From an uncultured Gammaproteobacteria bacterium (lineage in GTDB: Bacteria; Patescibacteriota; Patescibacteriia; Magasanikbacterales; UBA922): a stretch of 64,000 nucleotides of DNA. Positions 20,540 to 28,847 of the stretch are shown piece by piece. Below the pieces are notes generated by a model. It was given only the letters and a program-made list of their open reading frames with translations. It made no database searches and was not told the DNA's origin. The position numbers were made by a program, and so were the translations under genes. The stretch's first letter is position 1. Each line of letters begins with the position of its first letter. The stretch is taken from positions 64,964 through 128,963 of the forward strand of contig CAZQXB010000001.1 in the NCBI GenBank assembly GCA_964597575.1. The letters run 5' to 3'.

Positions 20540-21094
20540 ATGAAAATTTACACAAAAACTGGAGACAAAGGTGAAACCGGGTTACTTGGTGGTATCCGCA
20601 TTTCCAAAACAAGTGACATTATTCATGCAATCGGGGAAATTGATGAACTCAATGCCTCTTTAGGCATTCTTATTACCCTCTCAAAGGAATGCGAGCATAC
20701 AGAACACACTGACCGGCTTCTTCATGTACAGCACACCCTGTTTGTTCTCGGGGCAACTTTAGCGCAAGTAAAAACGGACATTCCCTTTGCTACGCCCTTG
20801 TCAGAAAAAGAAGTATTTGCCCTCGAAGAGTGGATCGACGAAATGGATGGGGTGCTTTCCCCTCTTACTCAGTTTATTCTCCCTGGAGGAAATACCTTAG
20901 CTTCTGAGGCCTTTTACATACGTGCAGTATGTCGGAGAGCAGAGAGAGCGGTGATAAAAACCGTTTCTTCTGAAAACGAACACACTTTTAGTTCAAGTAT
21001 TATGTATCTAAACCGGTTAAGTGACACCCTCTTTACGTTGGGACGCTGGTACAATGCTAATGACCGAACACCGGAAACATATTGGGTTAAATAA
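20540..21094 (+). CDS. ATP:cob(I)alamin adenosyltransferase, PduO type
   Basis: MKIYTKTGDKGET, GEIDELN, FILPGG, RAVCRRAER, YLNRLSD. Confidence 0.93.
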   Translation: MKIYTKTGDKGETGLLGGIRISKTSDIIHAIGEIDELNASLGILITLSKECEHTEHTDRLLHVQHTLFVLGATLAQVKTDIPFATPLSEKEVFALEEWIDEMDGVLSPLTQFILPGGNTLASEAFYIRAVCRRAERAVIKTVSSENEHTFSSSIMYLNRLSDTLFTLGRWYNANDRTPETYWVK

Positions 21095-21349
21095 TTGTAC
21101 GACATATAAATACTTTTTATTGCTTATATATTCAGGCAATTATCCATTTACAGGGCAACTATCCCTTTACAACAAGTAACAAAAAAGGTAACCTTATAAA
21201 CGACTACCCACAATTCGCGGAATAACCGAAGATTCGACTCCCTATCTCTTGTTTGCGTATAAGAATAGGTAGTCAATCGTCCACAAACAGAACCTTCGGG
21301 TTCTGCGAACGTGGGTAGTCCGGTTGGCTACCTTTTTTTGTTTTTATAT

Positions 21350-21622
21350 ATGTTTTCAGAGAAACCTGGAGAAAAGAAAAATGACCCATACGCTGTAATG
21401 GGAATCATACTTTCGTTTATGGGTATGGGAATAACGTATAACTTCTTTGCCTATCTTGGCCTCTTATGTGGACTTGTAGCTCTCAGGAGATTGCACGAAC
21501 GCACTGACATTTACAGAAAGGGGGCCGGATACGCCAAGGCTGCCATTACCTACGGGATTGTCTTTGGGCCAATAGTTGATATTGTTTTCTGGTACTTAAT
21601 TGATATTCGTTGGGCTCAGTAA
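21350..21622 (+). CDS. DUF4190-like small membrane protein (transposon cargo)
   Basis: A...I.LS...GL.CG.VAL.....KGAGYAKAAI..G pattern. Confidence 0.6.
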   Translation: MFSEKPGEKKNDPYAVMGIILSFMGMGITYNFFAYLGLLCGLVALRRLHERTDIYRKGAGYAKAAITYGIVFGPIVDIVFWYLIDIRWAQ

Positions 21623-21658
21623 AAAAACAAAATAGCTCTTTAAGAGCTATTTTGAAAT

Positions 21659-22081
21659 TCATTTAGGCGGAAGGGCAATTAACTGGGCAATTTTATTAAC
21701 CGGATCTACTTCTAGTTTTACATTCCATGCCTCTAACATTTTTTGTCCAATTAAAATTCCGCAATCTGGTGAATTTGTAGGTGAATTCACAACTGCAAAA
21801 GATTTTCTACCAACCAACGAAACATTTCCGGCCGTATCGATTGAGCTTATGGTGGTACCATCTGCCAAAGTCCAGGTCCCAAAACTAGCCATTAACTCAA
21901 GTCCATTTTGCTGAACACTTTTAAATGGCATCATTAAGAAACCACTAAAACCCGTATCGATTTGACCTTCCCAGATATATCCTATGTGATTGGGGTCACC
22001 ATTGGGTACCAGATTCTCCAAGAGAAAAGGAAGTAAAATTTGTGTTCCTTCAAAACGACAGTTCGCAACTATTACCCTCAT
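21659..22081 (-). CDS. Clan AA (retropepsin-like) aspartic protease (cargo)
   Basis: IDTGFSG catalytic motif, LADG flap, ILIGQKML. Confidence 0.8.
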   Translation of the reverse strand: MRVIVANCRFEGTQILLPFLLENLVPNGDPNHIGYIWEGQIDTGFSGFLMMPFKSVQQNGLELMASFGTWTLADGTTISSIDTAGNVSLVGRKSFAVVNSPTNSPDCGILIGQKMLEAWNVKLEVDPVNKIAQLIALPPK

Positions 22082-22293
22082 AAATTAAAAACAAAAGATA
22101 CCGCTTTCTGGTATTCTGGTCTGGATGTAATTTCATTCAATTTTGCAGGGTTATCTACCACTTCATGTCTTTTTAAATACGGAAAAACCACCACAGTTTT
22201 TCCTCTGTTTCGATCTTTGAAATTACCTCCCAAATCATCGAGGTATTGTTGAGAATCTCTTTGAGTTTTTATTGCTTCGTCTAAAATTGTCAT
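22078..22293 (-). CDS. Small partner protein (DUF5678-like), overlaps protease start
   Basis: 71 aa, RGKTVVV pattern, 4-bp overlap. Confidence 0.55.
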   Translation of the reverse strand: MTILDEAIKTQRDSQQYLDDLGGNFKDRNRGKTVVVFPYLKRHEVVDNPAKLNEITSRPEYQKAVSFVFNL

Positions 22294-22398
22294 ATAATTT
22301 TAATGGCTCAGCTCTTTTCCCAATATACTCTTAAAGAATCAAAAAAGCAACATGTGTAAAGACAGCCTCCTATGATTCATTAAGTCATTTTTCACACC

Positions 22399-22785
22399 CT
22401 ACTTTAAAAGTGCCCTTTGCATATACTCCTGCCTTTCTTCAATTCTATTCATATCGCGTGAAAAATCTATCCTTAATTCTGCATTATTTTCGATAACTTC
22501 ATTTATTTTGTCGTTTACTGAATCTTGTGTTTGATAATATGAAGCTTTCATCCCTGCCATGAAGATAACAACAGCAACTATTAAAGAAATAAATAAAAAT
22601 AACCCACCAATAATAACACCTATAAGAAGGTTATTCATTTTTCCAGAAAAACCTTCCACTTCTTTCCTAATATCTTCAAATTTTTTTTGAAAGACAGCTT
22701 CTGCAACATCGCCTGTTTTGGTTGCAGTATTCAAATCAATCATCGACTGCACCTCCTCCTGAGTTAGCTTTTTTCTAGGGGCCAT
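22399..22785 (-). CDS. Single-TM coiled-coil hypothetical protein (cargo)
   Basis: Central hydrophobic helix, charged flanks. Confidence 0.65.
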   Translation of the reverse strand: MAPRKKLTQEEVQSMIDLNTATKTGDVAEAVFQKKFEDIRKEVEGFSGKMNNLLIGVIIGGLFLFISLIVAVVIFMAGMKASYYQTQDSVNDKINEVIENNAELRIDFSRDMNRIEERQEYMQRALLK

Positions 22786-22789
22786 ACAC

Positions 22790-23047
22790 TTACTTTCCTT
22801 GCGAAATTACCCCCACTATTTTATAGACAGTGTCATTATCTTCTAACTGCACAACTAAATCCAAGTAACGTAAAACATGAAAATCTATTCCTTCAATTTT
22901 CTCACCCTGACAAAATCTAGTATCTTTTTCTATTACACCATTGTTTCCTATTTTTATTTTTTCTTTAGTAATTAAAACATCATTCTTCTCTTCAGAAAAA
23001 ATATCTAGGAACCTCATTTTTATTTTCGTCTCTGTCGTTTCTGGCAT
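22790..23047 (-). CDS. Hypothetical protein (cargo)
   Basis: ORF from MPETTET, 4 nt upstream of next gene. Confidence 0.55.
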   Translation of the reverse strand: MPETTETKIKMRFLDIFSEEKNDVLITKEKIKIGNNGVIEKDTRFCQGEKIEGIDFHVLRYLDLVVQLEDNDTVYKIVGVISQGK

Positions 23048-23151
23048 AGAAAAAACTAAATTTTGAGTGTATACTCTGTATACACTCAAGTATACTCAAA
23101 CTATGAAAAAAATCAACCCGCAATCCACCTTTCACTCCCTCCTCCACAAAG

Positions 23152-23994
23152 CTATCTCACCACCCGCGAAAGCAAAGCCGGGAAAATTGGGATCCCCGAC
23201 CGCAGGCAGTTATACCGGAAAACAGCCTCGTTCACGTACCACTGGAGCCACTTCCCGGAAATCCAATGGTGGCACCGGTAAAGCTTCTTAAGCTGAGACC
23301 AAAATCCCTCAATACCATTCGTAGATACGTTCCCCCGAACGTATTCTCTTTTACTGTGGCATACTGAAAAATGGTTATATCGCCTACCTAAGTCATCATA
23401 TGAATGGCTTTCATCGGTCATAACATCGGACGCCCAATCAATAACCGAAAAGATATACTTCGATAAGGTAAGTTTCTGAATGTCCCGCACCACCACAGCA
23501 AACACCTTTCCCTCTCGTTTCAGAATCCCGAACACAGGGATTTTGTTTTTTCTCCAGCCACACCCACCTGCTCTGCGGGTTTTCCCTCCAATAAACGTTT
23601 CATCCGCCTCAAACACCCCTTCTGATTTCTCCATATCCTGCTCCATAAGCTCACGAATCTTGTGACCCATACGCCAGGCGGTCTTATAAGTTACCCCTAA
23701 CACCCTCTGCAACTCCTTTGCCGGGACACCCCGGCGCGTTTGTGAGAATAGGTATATACTAAGAAACCACAGTTTTAGGGATGTAGAGGACTTATTGAAA
23801 ATCGTGTCGGAGAGTGGATCTATCTGGTAGCCACAAGCACAGGCATAGGTCTTACGACCCTCTACCCTATAGAACTTGTTCTTGAGACACTTTGGACAGA
23901 GGTGACCTTCCCCATATTTATACTTAAAAACGTACTCTAGGCAGGCATCATCGTCCGGAAATTGTTTATTAAATTGAGAGATAGAATACTTCAT
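23152..23994 (-). CDS. IS1595-family DDE transposase
   Basis: Zn ribbon CPKC..CAC, HTH (ELQRVLGVTYKTAW), EADETFIGG, MTDE, TNGIEGFW, EAVFRYN. Confidence 0.95.
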   Translation of the reverse strand: MKYSISQFNKQFPDDDACLEYVFKYKYGEGHLCPKCLKNKFYRVEGRKTYACACGYQIDPLSDTIFNKSSTSLKLWFLSIYLFSQTRRGVPAKELQRVLGVTYKTAWRMGHKIRELMEQDMEKSEGVFEADETFIGGKTRRAGGCGWRKNKIPVFGILKREGKVFAVVVRDIQKLTLSKYIFSVIDWASDVMTDESHSYDDLGRRYNHFSVCHSKREYVRGNVSTNGIEGFWSQLKKLYRCHHWISGKWLQWYVNEAVFRYNCLRSGIPIFPALLSRVVR

Positions 23995-24145
23995 AAATTA
24001 TTGTACGACGTATATATTGCCTTATTTTATACAATAATTTATACTTGTTGTAAAGGGATACAGGCGATTTACAGGGCAACTATCCCTTTACAACGGCAAT
24101 TATCCCTTTACAACAAGTAGCAAAAAGTAACTCTAATTTTACCTG

Positions 24146-24518
24146 TGTTTCACATGAAACGAGCCACCAAAAATGACTGCTCCAAAAGAATGACTAAGTA
24201 ACCTGGCTCTTCCTTTTTTGTTTGGTCTTTTTCATAATAGAATGTTTCACAAGAAACATTCTATTTATTTTGAGTAGCAAATAAGATATTTCCGTGCAAG
24301 TGACCGAGCTGAACCTGTGGATGAATTGGTGCATAAGAAACAATTTTTGTGGATTACCTGTTTACATGGTATGACCAAAATGTCTCCAGTTGTATACACT
24401 AGTGTATACAAATGAGTTATTCACAGGCTAAAAAAGTTATTCACTCACATGTGGACAAATCTGTGCATAAAATACACCGACAATAAGTACTACAAAGTAG
24501 GCTGTTTCATGTGAAACA
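24146..24518. promoter_or_regulatory. Cluster of three parS-like sites and ~7 DnaA-box-like sites
   Basis: TGTTTCACATGAAACG 24146, TGTTTCACAAGAAACA 24243, TGTTTCATGTGAAACA 24503; TTATTCACA, TGTGGATTA, TGTGCATAA etc. 24316-24470. Confidence 0.8.
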
Positions 24519-25098
24519 CTCCATGAGGGGAATCTCGGAAAAAGACTCATACGCAATCTGCTATCTCTTTTAGAGATTAGGGTGAGAGTATGTACTTAGT
24601 GGAAAACCAAAGTCAGTGTTCAATTCTGCTTTACCCAAAAATCATTATCTACACTGCCGCCCCAAGGATAAACTGTATAGGCGTAGTGTCCATCTTTAGA
24701 AAGCCGAAAAAATGCAAAGTACGCTACAAATCTAAAAACCAAAAAAACCTCACACCGGGGCACGGGCAGGTAGTGTTCCAAGCAAAAGAAAACGATGTAC
24801 AGTGTGGCCTCACCACGAATCGAACGTGGATTTAGACGTTAGGAGTGTCTCGTTCTATCCATTGAACTATGGGGCCTTATTTTACATAAATAATATATGT
24901 CGTACATTATTTATGTCACTTTCTTTGCCGATAAATGAGTAGGCAGTGAAACACTTGGGTGTTTTCTTGCCAAAAATCAGTATTCACTATTTCTGCTTTC
25001 ATTTGTATACACAAGTGTATACAAATATACTGATTATGGGTATATACTCATTTCTCTTTTTCCGATATAATAGCCCTACCAACCTATAAAATCAAGTT

Positions 25099-26199
25099 AT
25101 GACACCTCTCCTTATCGCAATTGCCGGACTTCTTATTGTGGGTTTAGTTGTTATTTGCCTCATTCTTCTTAAAAAAATGCAATCCCTCGAGGCACTCCAG
25201 GCAAACCCACAAAACCAGGAACAGCTCTTCGTTATGCTTCAGAGCCAAATTCAGGATTTGGGAAGAAATGTGGATCAGCGGCTCACTGACACTCACAAAA
25301 CCATGAATCAAACGACGGAGCACCTTCACAGAACCATTCAGTCGCAGTTTGGCCAGAGTGCAAAAATAATCACTGAGGTAACGGAAAAATTGGCAAAGCT
25401 TGATGAAACAAACCGCCAGGTAGTCTCCTTTACTGATCAGCTCCAGAACCTTGAAAAGGTCCTAACAAACTCAAAAAATCGAGGTTCACTTGGTGAAGCT
25501 GGGCTTGAATTGATTCTCACCAATATCCTTCCTCCAGGCAGCTTTACCCTTCAGCACAAATTTCAGGATGGGGACACCGTGGACGCCGCCATTCATATTA
25601 AAGACCAAATTCTTCCTGTAGACGCGAAGTTTTCCCTCGACAACTACCGCCGTATTCTCGATGAGAACGATCCTACCCGTCGTGAAGCACTCGAAAAGGA
25701 GTTTAAGGCGGACCTTAAGAAGAGGATTGATGAAACTTCGAAGTACATTAAACCAAAAGAGGGGACATTTGATTTTGCCTTCATGTTTATCCCCGCTGAA
25801 GGAATCTACTATGACCTGCTTATCAACGAAATTGGGGCGGTCAAAATGAATACCCGAAGCCTCATTGACTACGCATTTAAGGAAAAGAAAGTCATCATCG
25901 TTTCACCGACCACCTTTACCGCCTATCTCCAGACCGTTCTCCAGGGGCTGCGCGCACTTCAGGTAGAAGAGTCTGCTAAGGAGATCCAGAAACGAGTAGA
26001 GCAGTTAGGGGCTCACTTGGCAGCCTACGAGACGTATATGCAGAAACTGGGTAATAACCTTGGCACAACGGTAAATATGTATAACCAAGCCTACAAGGAG
26101 CTTGCGAAGATCGATAAGGACGTCGTAAAAATTACCGAAGGGGAGAGGGTTATCGAGGCTTTGATCGTAGAAAAACCGCAAAGCATCCTTGATGCGTAG
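25099..26199 (+). CDS. rmuC: DNA recombination protein RmuC
   Basis: N-term TM, RGSLGE, VDAKF, FAFMFIPAE, VSPTT. Confidence 0.93.
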   Translation: MTPLLIAIAGLLIVGLVVICLILLKKMQSLEALQANPQNQEQLFVMLQSQIQDLGRNVDQRLTDTHKTMNQTTEHLHRTIQSQFGQSAKIITEVTEKLAKLDETNRQVVSFTDQLQNLEKVLTNSKNRGSLGEAGLELILTNILPPGSFTLQHKFQDGDTVDAAIHIKDQILPVDAKFSLDNYRRILDENDPTRREALEKEFKADLKKRIDETSKYIKPKEGTFDFAFMFIPAEGIYYDLLINEIGAVKMNTRSLIDYAFKEKKVIIVSPTTFTAYLQTVLQGLRALQVEESAKEIQKRVEQLGAHLAAYETYMQKLGNNLGTTVNMYNQAYKELAKIDKDVVKITEGERVIEALIVEKPQSILDA

Positions 26200-26225
26200 A
26201 TCCCTACGCTCGGTACAGCCAAAAG

Positions 26226-26254
26226 TTGACAGAATCCAAGAGAATATGTATACT
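26226..26254 (+). promoter_or_regulatory. sigma70 promoter of rpmH operon
   Basis: TTGACA-N17-TATACT. Confidence 0.8.
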
Positions 26255-26273
26255 ATTCGTACTAATCTAGTTT

Positions 26274-26450
26274 ATGCCTAAACGAACGTATCAGCCAAAG
26301 AAGCGGAAGCGCGCAAAGTCCCATGGCTTTCTCTCTCGCATGGCCACGAAAAATGGCCGCAATGTACTTGCCCGTCGCCGAGCTAAGGGACGCAAGAAGC
26401 TCACCGTGAGCGACGAACGAAGCGGAAAAAGACTTCGCAAAACTCGTTAA
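26274..26450 (+). CDS. rpmH: 50S ribosomal protein L34 (58 aa, C-terminal extension)
   Basis: Manual translation [45 protein letters not shown]; missed by ORF track. Confidence 0.97.
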   Translation: MPKRTYQPKKRKRAKSHGFLSRMATKNGRNVLARRRAKGRKKLTVSDERSGKRLRKTR

Positions 26451-26495
26451 AAGAATCCTCGCTTCGGCGAGGTTCTTTTGTTATAGTAGACAGAT

Positions 26496-26873
26496 ATGTT
26501 TCCTGCCAAGTATCGCCTTACTCATGATCGAGATTTTACCACCCTTTTTAAAGAAGGGGTGATGATTCATGGCGACCATGTGAGTTTAAAAATCTGGAAT
26601 ATTATCCCTGAAAAATTTCCTCGACGAGCATACACGAAAGATTTATTGCGGATTGCCTGTGTCGTTGGAGTAAAAATTGATAAACGTGCAGTTGTTCGAA
26701 ATAAAGTAAAACGACAGCTTCGTGAAATTGTTCGCCCACTCTTGGTTGAACAGAAAATTCGCCCGGGTTTTCTTCTTGCGATTATTGCCAAACCAAAGGC
26801 GGTGAACGAAGATTTCAAAATCCTAACCGAAAGTGTGCAGCGCACACTTTCAAAAGCTCGTCTTCTTGTATGA
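26496..26873 (+). CDS. rnpA: Ribonuclease P protein component
   Basis: KRAVVRNKVKRQLRE (RNR-type motif); follows rpmH. Confidence 0.92.
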   Translation: MFPAKYRLTHDRDFTTLFKEGVMIHGDHVSLKIWNIIPEKFPRRAYTKDLLRIACVVGVKIDKRAVVRNKVKRQLREIVRPLLVEQKIRPGFLLAIIAKPKAVNEDFKILTESVQRTLSKARLLV

Positions 26874-27124
26874 ACATGCTCCATCTTCCACGCCTCACTG
26901 GCATGTTTGTTATTCGCGTGTACCAAAAAGTACTTTCTCCTGACCATAGTTTTTGGGGAAAACAAATATGGCCCGAAGGGTACTGTCGATTTTTACCGAC
27001 CTGCAGTGACTATGGGTATGAGAGCCTCAAAAAACATGGGCTGATTAAAGGGGGTTTGAAAACGGTATGGCGAATTTGCCGATGTAACCCGTGGAACCCA
27101 GGCGGCCATGACCCAGCACACTAA
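26870..27124 (+). CDS. yidD: Membrane protein insertion efficiency factor
   Basis: YQKVLSP, CRFLPTCS, RICRCNPW.PGG.DP. Confidence 0.93.
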   Translation: MNMLHLPRLTGMFVIRVYQKVLSPDHSFWGKQIWPEGYCRFLPTCSDYGYESLKKHGLIKGGLKTVWRICRCNPWNPGGHDPAH

Positions 27125-27348
27125 TCGTTTATTTGAATGAGTTTCTTTCGGCTCGTTTGCCCATGAAGAATAGTAATCGCGTGTTTTGAAACTCCAAAAT
27201 ATTCTGACAACAGTTCAATCAGTGCCTGGTTAGCCTTCCCTTGAATGGGAGGAGCGGCTAAACGCACTTTCAGCACCCCGTCTTCCCCGTACCCAACGAC
27301 TACATTTACCTTCGCCCGGGGCAAAACACGTACAGCAATTTTTTTCAT
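27121..27348 (-). CDS. DUF167/YggU family protein
   Basis: VRVLPRA, APPIQGKAN, GQTSRKK. Confidence 0.88.
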   Translation of the reverse strand: MKKIAVRVLPRAKVNVVVGYGEDGVLKVRLAAPPIQGKANQALIELLSEYFGVSKHAITILHGQTSRKKLIQIND

Positions 27349-27383
27349 AGAAATAAACAAGCACCTTGCGGTGCTCGTTTTTG

Positions 27384-28679
27384 TTATTTCTTCGCTTTAT
27401 CTTCGATGATTTTCTCTTTAAGAAATTCCATAACCTTTCGATTTTGAATTGCCGAAGCAATCGTATCGCGAACCTCAGGGCGATCCAATTTCTTTATTGA
27501 TTCAGGATCTTTTTTATATGTTTCCTTCATAAGCGCCACCTCACTCGCAATGTCTTCATCGCTCACGATGATCTTTTCTTCAATCGCTACCTGGCGAGAA
27601 ACAAGGGCCGCCTTCGCACGGCTCAATGCTGTGGCAGCGAAGCCGGCGAGTACTTCGGCCTCATTCTTTTTAATATCAGACAAATACTGTTCGATGGTTA
27701 CTCCATGACGCTCAAGATCACGCTTTAGTTCATAAAACATTTTTTCTTTTTCTGCATCAAGAATCACTTCTGGAACTTCTTCAAATGTGGTTTTCTCCAC
27801 AATCGTATTTAACATTTCAATTTCAGCTTCTTGATCAGCACGTTGAGCTGCTTCGCGTAACGTATTTTCGATCAAAAGCTTTTTCAAATCTTCTAAAGAA
27901 TCTTTCCCAAGTTTTTTCGCAAAAGCATCGTTCGCTTCTGGAAGCTCACGAGTAAAGACGCTCTTTACTGTTACCAAGAAATCAATATTTGCTCCAGCGA
28001 GTTGTTTCTGATAATGATCTTTTGGAAATGCCAAAGAAAATTCTTTTTTATCTCCGGCTTTCAGCCCAAAAAGTTTTTCATTAAAACCTGGAATATAGTG
28101 ATCTTCGCTCAAATACACCTGGTAGTCTTTTGCCTGTCCGCCATCGACCGACACTCCATCGCGCTTCATATCCATATCAATCACGAGCTTGTCGGTTTTT
28201 TCGGCCGCGCCATCTTTAGGCACTTCAACGGCATGCATACCACGAAGAGCATCGAGCGTTTCTTCTGCTTTCTTTTCATCGGCCTTTGCTTCTTTCTTTG
28301 TTACTTTTATTTTGGAAATATCAGGCAAAGTCACCTTTGGCATGAGGGCAACTTTCGCGGTGTACTCAACATCGTTCCCCGGAGCAAGCTTCTTCACCTC
28401 TACCTGAGGCATACCGATTGTTTGAAGCTCCTCGGCTGTTACGGCTGCGTAAAATGATTCCTTCACAATGCTCTCAAGAGCTTCATGCAAAATAGCGAGT
28501 TCACCGACTTCGCGAACAAGCATTTCGTAAGGAACTTTCCCTGGGCGGAAACCTTTAATATTCGCGCGGGTAGCAATGCGTTCCGCTGCTGGTTTAAGAT
28601 GTTTTTCGTACTCAGTTAAGGGAACAGCGATAGAAAGCTCTACTTCTGAACCAGGAAGACGTTTCAAAGTGTGGGGCAT
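27384..28679 (-). CDS. tig: Trigger factor
   Basis: GFRPGKVP, FKBP-like YIPGF/FPKDY. Confidence 0.95.
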   Translation of the reverse strand: MPHTLKRLPGSEVELSIAVPLTEYEKHLKPAAERIATRANIKGFRPGKVPYEMLVREVGELAILHEALESIVKESFYAAVTAEELQTIGMPQVEVKKLAPGNDVEYTAKVALMPKVTLPDISKIKVTKKEAKADEKKAEETLDALRGMHAVEVPKDGAAEKTDKLVIDMDMKRDGVSVDGGQAKDYQVYLSEDHYIPGFNEKLFGLKAGDKKEFSLAFPKDHYQKQLAGANIDFLVTVKSVFTRELPEANDAFAKKLGKDSLEDLKKLLIENTLREAAQRADQEAEIEMLNTIVEKTTFEEVPEVILDAEKEKMFYELKRDLERHGVTIEQYLSDIKKNEAEVLAGFAATALSRAKAALVSRQVAIEEKIIVSDEDIASEVALMKETYKKDPESIKKLDRPEVRDTIASAIQNRKVMEFLKEKIIEDKAKK

Positions 28680-28847
28680 AGCAATAATTTAGTAGGCGTA
28701 GCATACTCCGCTCAGTTCATCTTGTCAACCCGACAAACGAAATAAAAAAGGGGTAAAAAATGTATAAATAATAGCGTATTTTAGCCAAAAAATAAACATA
28801 GGGGGTTGAAAAATACCCTCTGTTACGGTAGGCTATGAAGTACTCGT

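Larger units (their letters stand above)
21154..24066 (-). mobile_element. IS1595-family transposon with passenger genes
   Basis: Terminal IRs 21154-21178 and 24042-24066 (19 inner bp identical), 8-bp direct repeat ATTTACAG at 21146-21153 and 24067-24074, DDE transposase inside. Confidence 0.9.

Noticed and set aside
24590-24835. 81-aa ORF in the parS region
   Set aside because: No recognisable motif or clear RBS; probably spurious.
24878-24912. dif site
   Set aside because: Only one arm resembles a XerD site, the spacing does not fit, and the location is origin-proximal.
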